A stretch of 64,000 nt of DNA from Halocafeteria seosinensis (taxonomy: Eukaryota): positions 1 to 64,000 of the forward strand of contig LVLI01000110.1 in assembly GCA_001687465.1 (NCBI GenBank), written 5' to 3'. The translations under genes and the position numbers were made by a program. Position 1 is the stretch's first letter, and each line of letters opens with the position of its first letter. Under the pieces are notes generated by a model. That model did no database searches. It had not been told where the DNA came from and saw only the letters and a list, made by a program, of their open reading frames with translations. Below, piece by piece: positions 1-12,259 of this stretch.

Positions 1-240
1 ATTGTTGTTAGTTTCCTCTTGCACGTATAAGTCAATTCGTGTAGCTTGCTCTTCNGCTGTTCTCGAATCCGGATTCCACCCGAGACGTGCCGTCCGTCTC
101 AGTTCTTCGTCCCTCTTCTCTCCTGGCTCTCGTTCCCCCTTCCCCATTGGTGTCTTCCCAACGTTCCATTCCGTCTCGTCCTTACTCACCCGTCTTGACA
201 CAGCCGCTTGACTCGCTAGCAGTTCATTGATAAATAGGGA
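1..240 (-). CDS. possible exon of an unknown gene running off the window start
   Basis: A minus-strand frame is open from 240 to 1 (...ASQAAVSRRVSKDETEWNVGKTPMGKGEREPGEKRDEELRRTARLGW...). It is purine-rich, has no recognisable domain, and its upstream exon structure is unresolved. Confidence 0.3.
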
Positions 241-1164
241 TTACCGGTATTGCAACACTTCTTAACGCGTCTCGGAGATGAGGACAACCGTCCGCATCTG
301 TACTCTCTATAACGCACGGATAGAAAAGCTGGTAAAAATTCGCACTTTCCCGTCGGGGTCGTGTCAAACTGTTCCCAGGAAACTACACGGAGTCGTGAAG
401 ACTGAATGTAATGCTTTTTGGGAGATTCCTCGATGTGCACCGTCACCTCGTTTTTGCCGAAAACTTGCACAGTCTCTTTCCAGCAATCTCTCACCACCGT
501 ACACTTGTTTTGCGTGTTTGCTTGCATGTAACAAACGTGCAAGTGGTACTTAGTGGTTGTATGGGATTGTCTATTACACAGGTGTTCGACATACATATAA
601 GTTAAGAGGATGTGGTCAACTTCCCGGCCGGTGGGCTATCTGTCACATTTGTGTGTGTGTACATATATGTTTCTTTGTTTCTTACGCTAAATCATGTAGG
701 TACAGTGTAAATGATGTCGTACCAGAGAAGGCCACAGTAGATTTCTCCCGGAATACCGCATGGTAAACGCGCTGCGTGCTACACTACGGGAGTTGTTTAC
801 TGTAGTTGGTTTGAGGCTCTTTGACCTGTACAATACATGTATTAAAAGTTTAAAGCAGGGTAAAAACTACTAGCTTCACAATCCCCAAAACCCGCGACTT
901 TTATACCATTGGAAGTGTATTTGGGGAACTACTAAGTCTATCCATTACCATTGGTACACATATCATGCGTTGGCAATGCAACTTGGCACCATCGTATACC
1001 GTCACCGTGTTGCGGTTCTGTGAACTCGCCCGAGCTTCGTCTTCACGGCGGGTATTCCTGTCTACGTGTGTGTTTGTTAAGATATACTAGTTCTACCATA
1101 TGGTAGTGTTTTTTCTGGTGTCGTATTTTTCTTAATATACATCTTAAGGAGTGGGCGCTGAAAG

Positions 1165-4100
1165 ATGTCATCGAGTATCTCAGACGAAGATTTCAAGCAC
1201 GAGATCGCCAAGGTATATCATGCGCCCTTGTCTTGCTCCTGTGGCTCTATACACCTGAATTATCGTGATGATGCAGGTATTTCATCTCACTGATGAAGAT
1301 GGAAACGGAAAGGCGGACCGTACTGAGGTGCAAGGTGAGTAGTTTGGCCTCCGCCACACTAGATATCCTTCGTCGTTTGGGGAGGCATGGTCTTGTATAC
1401 ACTCATTACGGTGTTTGCAGAGCTGATGAAGAGGTTTAACAATGACCAGTACCCCTCAGAATATGAGATGGTTAAGGTGATGGAAGACCTGGATACCAAC
1501 AAAGATGGCGTCATCTCGTACAAAGAATTCGAACGAGGGATGCTGGATTGGCTCAAGGAAAGATTCGGAGAGGCGCCCAGTTCACCGGGAGCAGGAGTAG
1601 GACTCAAGCGTCAATCATCCACCTCCACGTCCACCAGTTCGTCTAGGAAGAAGATCCATGTCTCCCTTGCCAACTATTTCACGAAACACGGCACCCGTGA
1701 TAACGCCGACTCGATTCTGGGAAACATCAAATCACAAATTTTTGCGGATGAATGGACGGAATTTGTGGATCCCATTACGGCAGAACGTGCAAGCGAGGAA
1801 GATGCTCGGGAGTTAGAAACTCTTTGGAAAGAAGTGAAAGAGTTCTGCGAGCAGACGGACCAACTTGTGGAGCGATGCAATGCTTCGAACTTGCAAACTG
1901 CTAGTGTTGGAGATATTCAAAAGTTTACTCAGACAATTGAAAAAATGCTCAGTATCATCGACTATGTAGATATGCCCATGTTACGGTAAGTTGCTCTATT
2001 TATACTTATACATGTGAATAGCTTTTGGATTGTGTTCTTGAGGGGGTGCTACAGAGAAGATATGAGGGAACTTTTGAATGAGGTATTCTATCACCTTCGT
2101 CGGCACCAAGTCTTTCGCATCCTTTCGGAGCTTGCTTGCCCCCGACTCCGTGTGATAGGTGATCCTGATTCTGAAAGCGATACAGGTCCCTTTCAGTATG
2201 GAAATAACCACGTTGCAATTTTGAGCAGTGTACTGAAATCCCTCTACTTCTACTTAGTGGGCCCCACTTCGCGCTCTGAGGACCGAGAAGAACTGAAGCA
2301 TCGATACTTTGTTGGCATTGTAAAAAATAACGATGAGAGTATTGCGGCGATGGTACAGGCATTGTTTCTGCATTGTGCTCACCCAGAGGTACGAGAACGA
2401 GCGATCGAGCTTCTCGGAGCTTTGGGTTCAAAGGATCATCATTTCCGAAAACGCCTGCTTGTGGATTGTAATCTTGTTAATCAATGTGTCGACCAATTGC
2501 GCAATGTTGCGACTGGTTCGGAAATGGTTGCGATTTTGAAGACAGTGAGCATCCTATGTGGCGAGACTCATGGCCTACCAGGCACGACTCTGAAGAAGGA
2601 TGACTTTGAACAACTTGTAAGTGGGGGACTATCGAGCGTTTTATGCCATAGTGTTTGATGGGGAACTACGTTTGCGCAGTTTGGGGGTACAAAGCTATCG
2701 GAACTACTCTGTTCTCTTGTTGTAGATCCCGGCGTAACTACTTCTCCACAAGTTGCTGAGTTTTACCCATTAATTGTCTCTCACACATTGACGGCTCTTT
2801 CGCATCTATTGCCCTTCATCCGCTTTAAAGATGAGGCATTGTGGAATACGCTGCTTAAGCTCTCGCAGAATCGAACGTTATGGGAAGGGATGATCGCCCT
2901 CCAAACTGCGCAGAGCAAGTCTCAACTTCCCAGGAAAACGCGGCAACATGCTGTAAACTGTCGAAATGCTTTACGAGCTATTTTGGGAGTGATCGAAGTG
3001 GCCGTTCAATTGCATGAAGACTATACTAAAACTGATATTGAGGCGTTAACCGAAACTCTGATAGAGCCGCTAATGTCGCAAACATATGATCAATCTATCG
3101 CTACCTCTTCTCTCAAATTATTTCACATGCTACTGGAAGAGAACTTGGTGAGCCATGAGAAGATACATCAGGAACTACTAGGGCGAGTGTGTGCTCCTCA
3201 ATCGGATGCCAACAGTGAATTCGCTGCTGTTCAAATCTTGCACGATGTTGCTGTGAAGGGATCGCGCAGTCAATTTCAGGCCTTGCTGCAAGGAGGATTG
3301 ATTAGCAGGCTTCTTAGCTCCTTCGAATTTTTTAAGTAAGGATTCATTTTGGTATTGTGTGACTTGTGGTTGCTTCCACGCGGCTTTTCCCTTGTGTCAT
3401 GTCCAGGGAACGCGATGTGGTTCTAGCACATCTTTATTCGTACGCGGACCCGCTCGTTAACGTCGAGCTAGCGTCGGTAGCGCTAGATACAATGAAGTGG
3501 AGTCTGGAGAGAGCTCAAGAAATAGGGGAAGATCTTGGGAATGAGAGGGGTGTTTTGCAATGTTTAGGAGTCGAATCAATCGACGCGCTACGGAGTATTT
3601 TTGAGATAATATATCGTCAGAAATTTCGAATGGTCGATGTACTGTCCTCCACAAGCGATGTGGACTCGTATTTGAAAATCCTAGAAAAAGAGGAGGTCCG
3701 GTCGAGTGACAAAGACTCATTCACCGCCTTAGAATCGGTTGAGAGGTAGGCGAAATTCTGCGTCTTTGGAGTGTTTAACATTACGTCTTATGCAATTCTT
3801 TTTTTTTTTCTTTTCTTTTTTTTCCCCAGGAAACTCTGCTCCGTGGTGGAAAAAGTCTACGACCTGCATTCACGTTATAGGTCTGAATCGTCTTTGTCTT
3901 CGCAAACTGCGGAAAAACTCGAAATGTTGAAAAACACACAAAAAGAGACAGCTGCGTTTCTGCGAACCCAATTGAATAACCGCCGTCAAGGGCTCTCAAG
4001 TACTTCTTCAAAAGATCGGGATCTTCTTGGGAAGCCCGTTGAAGGCCGATTTTCCATTTCCATCGTTGTAAGGCAGGAAGGCAACCCGCAGAACTTTCGG

Positions 4101-5189
4101 AGCATGACTGTTTCTTCGAAAATTACACTGAGGGAGCTGAAAAATCAAGTTGGTTACGTGTTCGGTGGCCCTGTAGAGCTTAAGTATGAGGAATCCAATG
4201 GTCAACAGAAAGGACTCGCATCTGAAGATGACTGGAGGCGTGCAATTGTGTTATCGCAAGAACAGACTCCGCCGAAGATTACGTTGCTTGCTTATGACGC
4301 CAAACATGGCGGTCGTGTGTTCGAGTAAGTCAGCTGGGTTCATTGGTGCACTATCGTATTTAAGCCGAAGATTGTATTCGTGTGCACTTCCAGTGTCTCA
4401 AAATACTCGTGTCCAGAGGAGGCTATTGATGAGATCAAGACCTGTTGCAACGCCTCCGTTTCATTTGATGAAGAGGTTACCTCACGATTGTTTCAACGCT
4501 TCCAAGAGATGCGAACTAGCTCGCTTACATATGAGCAGTTTGCAACAGTTTTAACAGAGGAAGGAATCAACAAAGACGATGACGATAACCGCCTGAGACT
4601 GCTATTTAATGCGTTTGATAAGTCCAATGACGGTAAAATAGACTTCCAAGAAATCATCGTTGGACTTGCAACAATGTACAACGGAGAGCCGATTGATCGC
4701 CTCCGCCTGGCTTTTGACAGCGTCGATGAAGATGGAGATGGATTCCTTTCCTTTGAAGAGGTGCAGAAGTTGGCGAAAAAGTGTATGTTCTTGTGCTACG
4801 ATGCTATAATATATGTATATATATGGTATAGGTAGATACTCTATGTATATACTGTTCTCGCAGCAATCTTGTTATCAAAGACACTCGAGCGACGTTTCGA
4901 TGCTCACCAGGTGGCAAGAGACGTAATGGCTTCCTGCGATCACAATAACGATCAGCAGCTGAGCTGGTCGGAGTTTCAGGAAGCTGTCTTTTTCAATTTT
5001 CCCATTTTAGCTGCACCCTTTATGAACTTTGGTGGGCAACCAAATGTTCATCAAGGCATTGCAGACAGGAACGCGCCTTTCAACCACAGGAAGGACATTC
5101 CTGGGAATCGAGGAAGAGGAAAGGGTAGAGGCCGAGGAGGGGGCTTTGGAAGAGGAAGAGGAAGAGGAAGGGGAAGAGATAGGCCGTAA
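1165..5189 (+). CDS. multidomain Ca2+-binding protein: EF-hand pair, importin-alpha-like ARM repeats, PB1, NCS/calcineurin-B-like EF-hands, RGG tail (about 9 exons)
   Basis: ATG at 1165. GT-AG introns (e.g. 1213-1276, 1986-2054, 2617-2679, 3746-3829, 4783-4863) join the ORF pieces in frame. EF loops are DEDGNGKAD, DTNKDGVIS, DKSNDGKID, DEDGDGFLS and DHNNDQQLS. EVRERAIELLGALG is ARM-like. The PB1-like segment is ITLRELKNQV...LKYEESNG...SEDDWRRAI. The C-terminus is RGRGKGRGRGGGFGRGRGRG. Confidence 0.8.
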
Positions 5190-5732
5190 GAGCACAGAAA
5201 CAGGTTCATAATTCTTGATCATCGACTGCCCGGCTGTCCCGAGTTAGTATCCCGTACAATTATAGCTCCCTGCTTGGAATGCTTGCATTTGCTCGAGTCC
5301 ACGTAGCCATGTTAGATAATTCTCAGGGATTTATTGAGCACAACTTGTGCTTCTCACGAAAACATTAACGCAGATTGACTCGGAAAAGCCAAGATAACAT
5401 GTCTTTTATTAATTCCAAACAGCTTCGACTTGCTTCGGAATGCTCGGTATGGGGTCACCATTGGGGTGCAATGCCTGAATTTTAGTCTTTCTCGACATCT
5501 CACGATCTAACGTAGAATGTAAACTGTATTACTTTTGCTAGAAGCAATACTAACTCATACACTTGACTTCACTAAAAGTTGAGAGTCTTCGCTTCGTAAC
5601 CACAACCTGAGCCTGGGCGCCAAAAAATGAAAGTCGTCTGAAAGTACCGTAGTAGCTCCAGCGCTTAGAGGTTTGCCCACAGTGTTTTATGTGCACTACG
5701 AACAATTTTGCTTCCCCTTTCAGTTGACGGAA

Positions 5733-6418
5733 ATGGACTTTAGAGAAAAGAGCTACAGAGTACACTGTAGCTCTCCTTTGAAAGTAAGTCTTTGACTAAT
5801 TTTTGTAGTCTATACCGACCACAATTATCTGCTCTACAGAATAAGGTTCGCATTGCAGACGAAGAAAAGGAGAATAGATATCAAAGAACGCCATGTTCGC
5901 CCATCTTAGCCACCAGCCAAAGTGTGGTGTATCCCACGGACAATGTATTAACCCCTTCCGGACAACCAACGCGCGCGTCCCGACGTTGCCAAACAAGTAG
6001 GAACACGAAGGATACTTCAAACTATCGATTCATGTTCCTCGCGGAACAGATTACTAGCTTACGAGGTATGGATAGAAAATTGAGTAAAATGAAACTGAGA
6101 ATGCGCATGAGTGTTTGCTATGCAGAGCATATTGAAGCGTTGGAAGCAGAAAACCAAGCATTGAAACTGAAGCAGAAACGCGCTAGCTCGACAAACACTA
6201 AGGCCAAATTAAGGAAAGCGAAAAGCAAAATAGCTGTGTTAGAGTCTGAAAATGAAGGATTAAAGGATAGAGTGAAAATGCTCAAGAAAAGGCAATGTAG
6301 CGAAAGGGGTTCACCAAATTCGACGTCTGGCTTCCACAGCCCCATGAGTACCCCCGCCCAACCCGACTCGGATTTCAATTGGTTTCGAAGGAATACCACG
6401 TATGCTGGCTCGCTGTAG
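5733..6418 (+). CDS. hypothetical coiled-coil protein with a KEN box and S/T-P sites
   Basis: ATG at 5733. A phase-0 GTAAGT...CAG intron at 5784-5839 joins it to ORF 5792-6418. Heptads include IEALEAENQALK and IAVLESENEGLKDRVKML. Confidence 0.6.
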
Positions 6419-6659
6419 GAGAGAGCATTTGGGTTGTCACAACGTTCATCTACGTCGTTCATTGTACGATAGGCCAGAAGAAATAAATCTCTATAGTGTA
6501 GTCAAGGGTTCCTGTATATTGCTGCTTCCACGATTAGCGTGTAGCTCTCCGCCTTACTGCTAACACTAACTGGAAGCATCTTCGTCTCGCATTAATACGC
6601 TTACGGAGGATCATAGGTTGCTGACTCATATCAGTGCAGGCAAACGAGGAAATCCAAGT

Positions 6660-9600
6660 CTACTGCACAGTTACATACACAGGTTCCGCATTGCGCAGGT
6701 CTACAGACACACTACTGTTTCCAGGAACATAAGAAGTCGCCTGCTGGGATGACCTTCCGGGAGTGATGGAAGCATGTACTGCATTCACATTAACCACTTG
6801 GTCACCAATGCAGAGCACCCAAAGCATTACTGTTTTAGCATGTCCTCGTTTAAGACAGCTGACTTCTGCACTCCAGTTAATTGGTATGACAGACGAGTTA
6901 TTACCGTCAAAACGCAACTCCGTGTCCACATAGGATGATAGATAGTCCTTGGGTAACTCGCCCCTACTACCTCCGGAGTAGTGTATCCCAACGCACAGAG
7001 GGATTATGGCAGCTTTGTTGAACTGTCGGCCTTCAGCATGAATGGTAGCTAAGCTCTTGGCATCAGAAGTACGCACGAATGGCTGCTTATCCACCGCGAA
7101 TGGCTCCTTCACAGATACAGAAACATCCTCGAGTTGTAGTAATTTTCCCAAATGTTCCCATTTTCGGGGATCCAGGCTCTGCAACCACTGCAGTACCCAC
7201 TGAGGCACTTCACATAGAGACATGGGCGATAATGGCGCATCGACACATAGTCGGTACGGAACATTTCTGAGAGTATACCTCTTCTTTTCGTGAATAAATA
7301 CTGCTGTTTCCTTTCCAGCTGACTCTTCGGCCTCCTTGCTATTACTTGACATCACAGGTACGAAAAACTGGAAACTCTCACTGACGCTGCCGCTTGAATC
7401 CTTATGACGAACGATAACGTGGACTTTGGTGCAGCCTTCCGAAAATATATTAGGTCTTATGGCCACCTCCGGTGCGAAAGGTATTACCGAGGAGTTAACA
7501 TCTTGCTGTTCCGAAGTAGAAGAGCCACGTTGTCGATGACTCATGCGAATAGAGCGAATAGTCGGAGGCAGATCTTCCGCGCGGGCTAACGCCGCTCGAT
7601 GTTGGCGTTCTTCACGTTGAAATTGAGCAATTATGTTGCTAATTAACTTTGCCGCGTGGCATCGTCCGAACATAGTCTGAATAACGTTATCACTCCAATC
7701 TGTGGCTGTTTCTTCTGAATGGTTCAACTTAAAGACAAAACTGCATGTACTTCCGGCATCGATAGCCGCTTCCCCTTCCGAAGCGCTGTATTTTTGACGA
7801 AGGAACGGAGGTATACCGTATGAAGCAGGAAGATGGGACTGTGCAAACGCTCGCGGACTGTCACCTAACGTCGCCGTCTGAGAAGAGCATGTATCGAAAT
7901 ACGAACTCAGTTCAAAGTTCGGAGTTATCAATCCGATGGATTGAAAGTGCCCCTGATCGCTACAGCCATCATTAGAAACGCATAGATTCAGCAGAGGGTT
8001 CGAATCATTCCGACAAATAACAGAGACTGCGAAATCAAGCTCCTGATGAGCATTAACCGTTATATTAGACGTGCAACAGAAATCCTCCCCACTCGTGCTT
8101 CTGTAGTGAAGTTCGAAAACAATATCCTCATCAAGCACAGTTTCAGATGACATCAAACAGACAGGTAGGCTAAGAGTACCTTCAGCTATTGTACCAGCAA
8201 AAGCTGCAAGCGAAAAAGTATTACCAAGCAAGTTATCCACCGGCTGAAGAGGCGTTAGCCCATCGTTTACTCCACTAGGAGGAGCGAAAGGATGAGCTAC
8301 AACGCGGTCTGAGGAATGAATTTCTAGCCTAATATCAGATACTTCTTTACTGTGGCAGCTTCCCACTTTGAGATAGATCCACCGCTTTCTTCCAACGGTG
8401 CATGCAGCGGAATGAATAGCCAACCCATCCTCTGAGACAAGCCCCATGGAGAGCCACGGAGAAGGAGGCTTAACGCTGAAAACGAATGATGAATTACGAG
8501 TTCTCCTATCGTGCCGTTCTCTGAATACATATCTGCAGGATATTACAGCATCCAGCTTCCATTGGAAACCAATGATTCGCAAAGTGCCGACGTATTTTGG
8601 CTGTATAACGAAACTCAATTGAGCATTTTGGTGTGGTTCCAGAGTGGCGTCAGACACTGAGATAAAGCAGTCACCATACTCGGTTAGTCCTTTGAAACCC
8701 TCAAAATTCATTGGAGCAGTGGCATGTTTATCTTCATACTCGACCACCGGCATAATGCCTTGAAGAAGAACAGGAATCGACAGCTTATTCTTGACTTCCA
8801 CGTGCGCCACAAAAGGTTCACCTGCCACCAGTGGGCGACGTTCTAACATGAAGTTCTGTGAGCCCACGGAATAGACTGGGGAGTCGACCATGCCACTTCC
8901 ATGATTAGATTCTATTTGTTGATCACTAATGTCCTCCCATTTGTGAGCGATGTGCCTGCAAGCATCTTGCCAAGCAAACGCTTCCCCCTTACACGATCGT
9001 AGAGCGCCCATAACTCGCTTAGACCACGGTAGTTGGGGTTCCATTTCTTCCGCTCTTGATGATCGAAGAGGATAGCAGAGCATTTCCTTGTAAGCGGACA
9101 CTGCAACACCAGCGTTGTTCCAAGTTTGGACGAGGAGTTCATCATCGTCGACAGTTAGACAACTAATGTTTTCTATCGTAAATTCTTTGGGATGATGCTT
9201 TTTCGCGGCTTCATACGCCTCCCGGAACTCATCCATGAGAGCTTGTTGGAACGAGGCATGAAGAACCCCTTCGGATGAGCCCAGTGACTCGCCAAGGTAT
9301 CCACATGCAGCGCTTGAGTCGCCCAAACGGCACAATTCACTGGATAGTTTGCTCAAAATTGCGGCCCTAGCCTGGGGCCACTTGGCATGTTCGAATACGT
9401 GGCTTGCACGAAACATGCAGCGGGTACTATGCCGCTTCAGACTACTATCTGCTTCCAAGTATGCTTGACCAGACATTAGCAATGTAAAAGCATACTTGCG
9501 CACTACGGGACGAGTCGTGAACAGAAAACAATATGAAGCATGTTCAAGCAGTACAGCCTTGCATATGGAACCTTCCGGTTCGTGACCAGCGGCATTTTGA

Positions 9601-11353
9601 AGAGTTTGTGCTATAACCCGTCCTGATTTCCTCAAGGCCTTCATCACCTCTATTAGCCAAATAGAGCAACGAGTTCCTGATCTGATGCCGGCTTTTTGAG
9701 CGGCGTGCTGCGCTTCCGTCTGAGACATGGAGCTCGAATGATATACTGGTTCAGGACTATGTTCCATGTCATCCCCATTTTGCTCTTCGGTTGACAAGAG
9801 GGTTGAAATACCGGAACTGATTCCTGTCCAAGCCGAGGTGGCCAGGGACGTGATGTTATCAAACGGATTATCCGAACCATTCCTTCTAGAAGACGAAGTC
9901 GAGGAAGCTTTCCCATACGTCGTGACATACGTTCGACCCGTACTTCTTGCGTCACGGGCTCCTCGATAATATAGTTCTACAGCTTCATTCAGAGATGCTT
10001 CGACGGTCTTTAGGGAAATCTTTTGCATCAATTCGCTAAGCCCAATCATTTCGCAAACGGATGCATAGTGGAGGTATGCCTTATCCAGTTTGTAATCCTC
10101 TTTCAGAACCCGGTAGTTTGTCAAAGCTGTCTCATAATCACCTGCACTTATTATGCGTAGGTAAAGGTTAATACAATAGCAGTCATAGATACTACAAAGA
10201 ACCTACCAAGTTGGAAGAGAGTATCGGAAAGATATCGCATCTGTGCTTCAATTGTACTAAAAGTATACATCGCCTGAGGGACGCTATCCGAGCTGGAATC
10301 CGATGAATTACTAGGTATCGCGTCGGTAGCTCGAGGCTTACGCCAAAGCGACCTAAGAGCATTCTTGATCCCCTTGCGATGGGCCGCAACATTAGTTTGA
10401 ATTTCGTTCAGCTTCTGCTCCAAAAACGGGAGCAACTTCTCTCCTACCATCTTCATCATAGTCCGTTGGATGGTATGAAGGTCAGTTTCACTAAGATATG
10501 CTCCCAAGGGTAAGGAACTATTTTGGCGGGCCTTAACCGGTTCAAAATCACAAAAATGTAAATCGAAATGAGCCGACCAAATATCTGTTTGGCTAGCATT
10601 GGGCTCACTCAGCGAGTTTACCGTTGCCATGAAGCACACGTCCGGTGAAAAATGAGCCTTTACAACTTTCAAGATTTCTTTAGGATCCGTTTCCGCCACT
10701 GCTGGATCCTGAGTATCGTGAATGAGCACACAAAACTTAGGAACTTCAGGATTGTACTGCTTGGCTTGGAACGGTGTTGGGAGTCCCTGCACCCCTTGCA
10801 AATTCCGAAGAGACGACGTTGGGTTTTCATCCGCGGTTGATGCCACACAAAATATGGCAGCGGGGTGATCTAGCAAATCATGAGGTTGGCAGCGTCCTGT
10901 CTTCCAGAGGGCTGACAGGAAACGTCTCATGAACGGCATCACGTCATCAAATGTGGTATGTTTGATCAAATCGACAGCATCTTCTGTGGTTCGTACAGGA
11001 GCAGCATCCATTCCGAAGAGCGGCTCTTGGTCGTTGATCAGTTGCATCTCTCTCTTAAGGGCTGCATCAGCATCTTCCACACTGACATAGCAGAATTCTG
11101 AGGAATCCAAGAGCCGAAGCCGGAACGATTCCAATCTGAATTGCTGTGATGCAGCTCGAAATGACATTGCCAGATTGTGCACACGCGTGAAGGGGTTCAG
11201 CAATTCCGCAGGACTGAGACCATTTTTGAGACAAGAATCTTTGGCTTTCTGAGTCGAATGCACCACGCCCACAGGGGTGAATGTATGCTGAACTTTGGCC
11301 TTTATCCTGTCAATCGGGGTGACAGCACCTCTGGGAGGTGAATAGCTGGCCAT
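6660..11353 (-). CDS. TRAPPC8: TRAPP III complex subunit TRAPPC8/Trs85
   Basis: Motifs include KNGLSPAELLNPF, LDHPAAIFCVASTADENP, RKGIKNALRSLW and EAQMRYLSDTLFQLG|DYETALTNYRVLKEDY. One intron at 10142-10206 joins ORFs 10151-11374 and 6660-10124. Confidence 0.9.
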
Positions 11354-11430
11354 TTCTCCTTTACCCGAACTCAATCAACCTATACTGGGCCCGGCAAAAG
11401 ACATACTACCAGAAGTAAAGCCCATGTATT

Positions 11431-11456
11431 GTGTGTGTGTGTGTGTGTGTGTGTGT
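11431..11456. repeat. (GT)13 microsatellite
   Basis: Perfect dinucleotide run about 80 nt upstream of the TRAPPC8 start codon. Confidence 0.95.
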
Positions 11457-12259
11457 TTCAACCCAGCTCTCGATAACTAAAACACCACTCCATGGGATAC
11501 ATCTTCTCGATGCAATGCAACAGGCAATCTTTCCTTGCACTTTTCGAAGACTGAGCGCCCTCTTTGCAGTCTTATCTTAGTTTGTTTGGTACCACATACC
11601 ACAACAAACACAATGACACGATACCAACGGTAGTATAAAGGCTTTCCTTCTGCAGGGTCCACGTCGGAACTGCAAGCAGTCCTTGTAGACTTCAAAAAGT
11701 GGGAGGAAGGGAGATGTACAAAGGGTCTCCTCACGGGAGTTGGTCTCCTTGTTAAAAGCTTGATGTATATTATTAAGTAGGTTGTAGTCTACCGAGTTAT
11801 GCTCTTGCAAGAGCGCGGGTAAAATTACTCTCTCGCTTGTTCGAGGTTGCTCTCCTTGCCCAGAAAGCTCACCGGCCAGGCAGTTGTCGTTCGGAGAATT
11901 GCAAGGGATGCATACAAGCCGTTCCCGGGGCCATACCATATTTATGCCTTACATTCCTCAATATGCGTTTCACGACCGATCTCATTCGGCTGAGCAACCT
12001 CCACTCACTGAAAGGCAGGCGGGATACGAAACTTTGCTGAAAAAAGGCTACAGACATGACGACCTTCGACAACCACCAACTCCTCGCTGTCTTGATAATT
12101 TAGTACCGTCCCGGAGTTTGTCATTTCATATATAGATCAGCATAACCGATAGTATCCCGGGCGCTTTCTACTATATTGGAGAGGGGTGTAATCGAACAAA
12201 TGAGCGAAGACCTCAACGTTGGACGCGTAACGTCGGTCTAGTCGTGCATTGGTTGCGTT

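Noticed and set aside
56..56. Single ambiguous base (n)
   Set aside because: This is an assembly ambiguity with no biological meaning.
11477..12135. Short ORFs between TRAPPC8 and the PDZ gene as a separate gene
   Set aside because: I found no recognisable domain and could not assemble a consistent spliced model.
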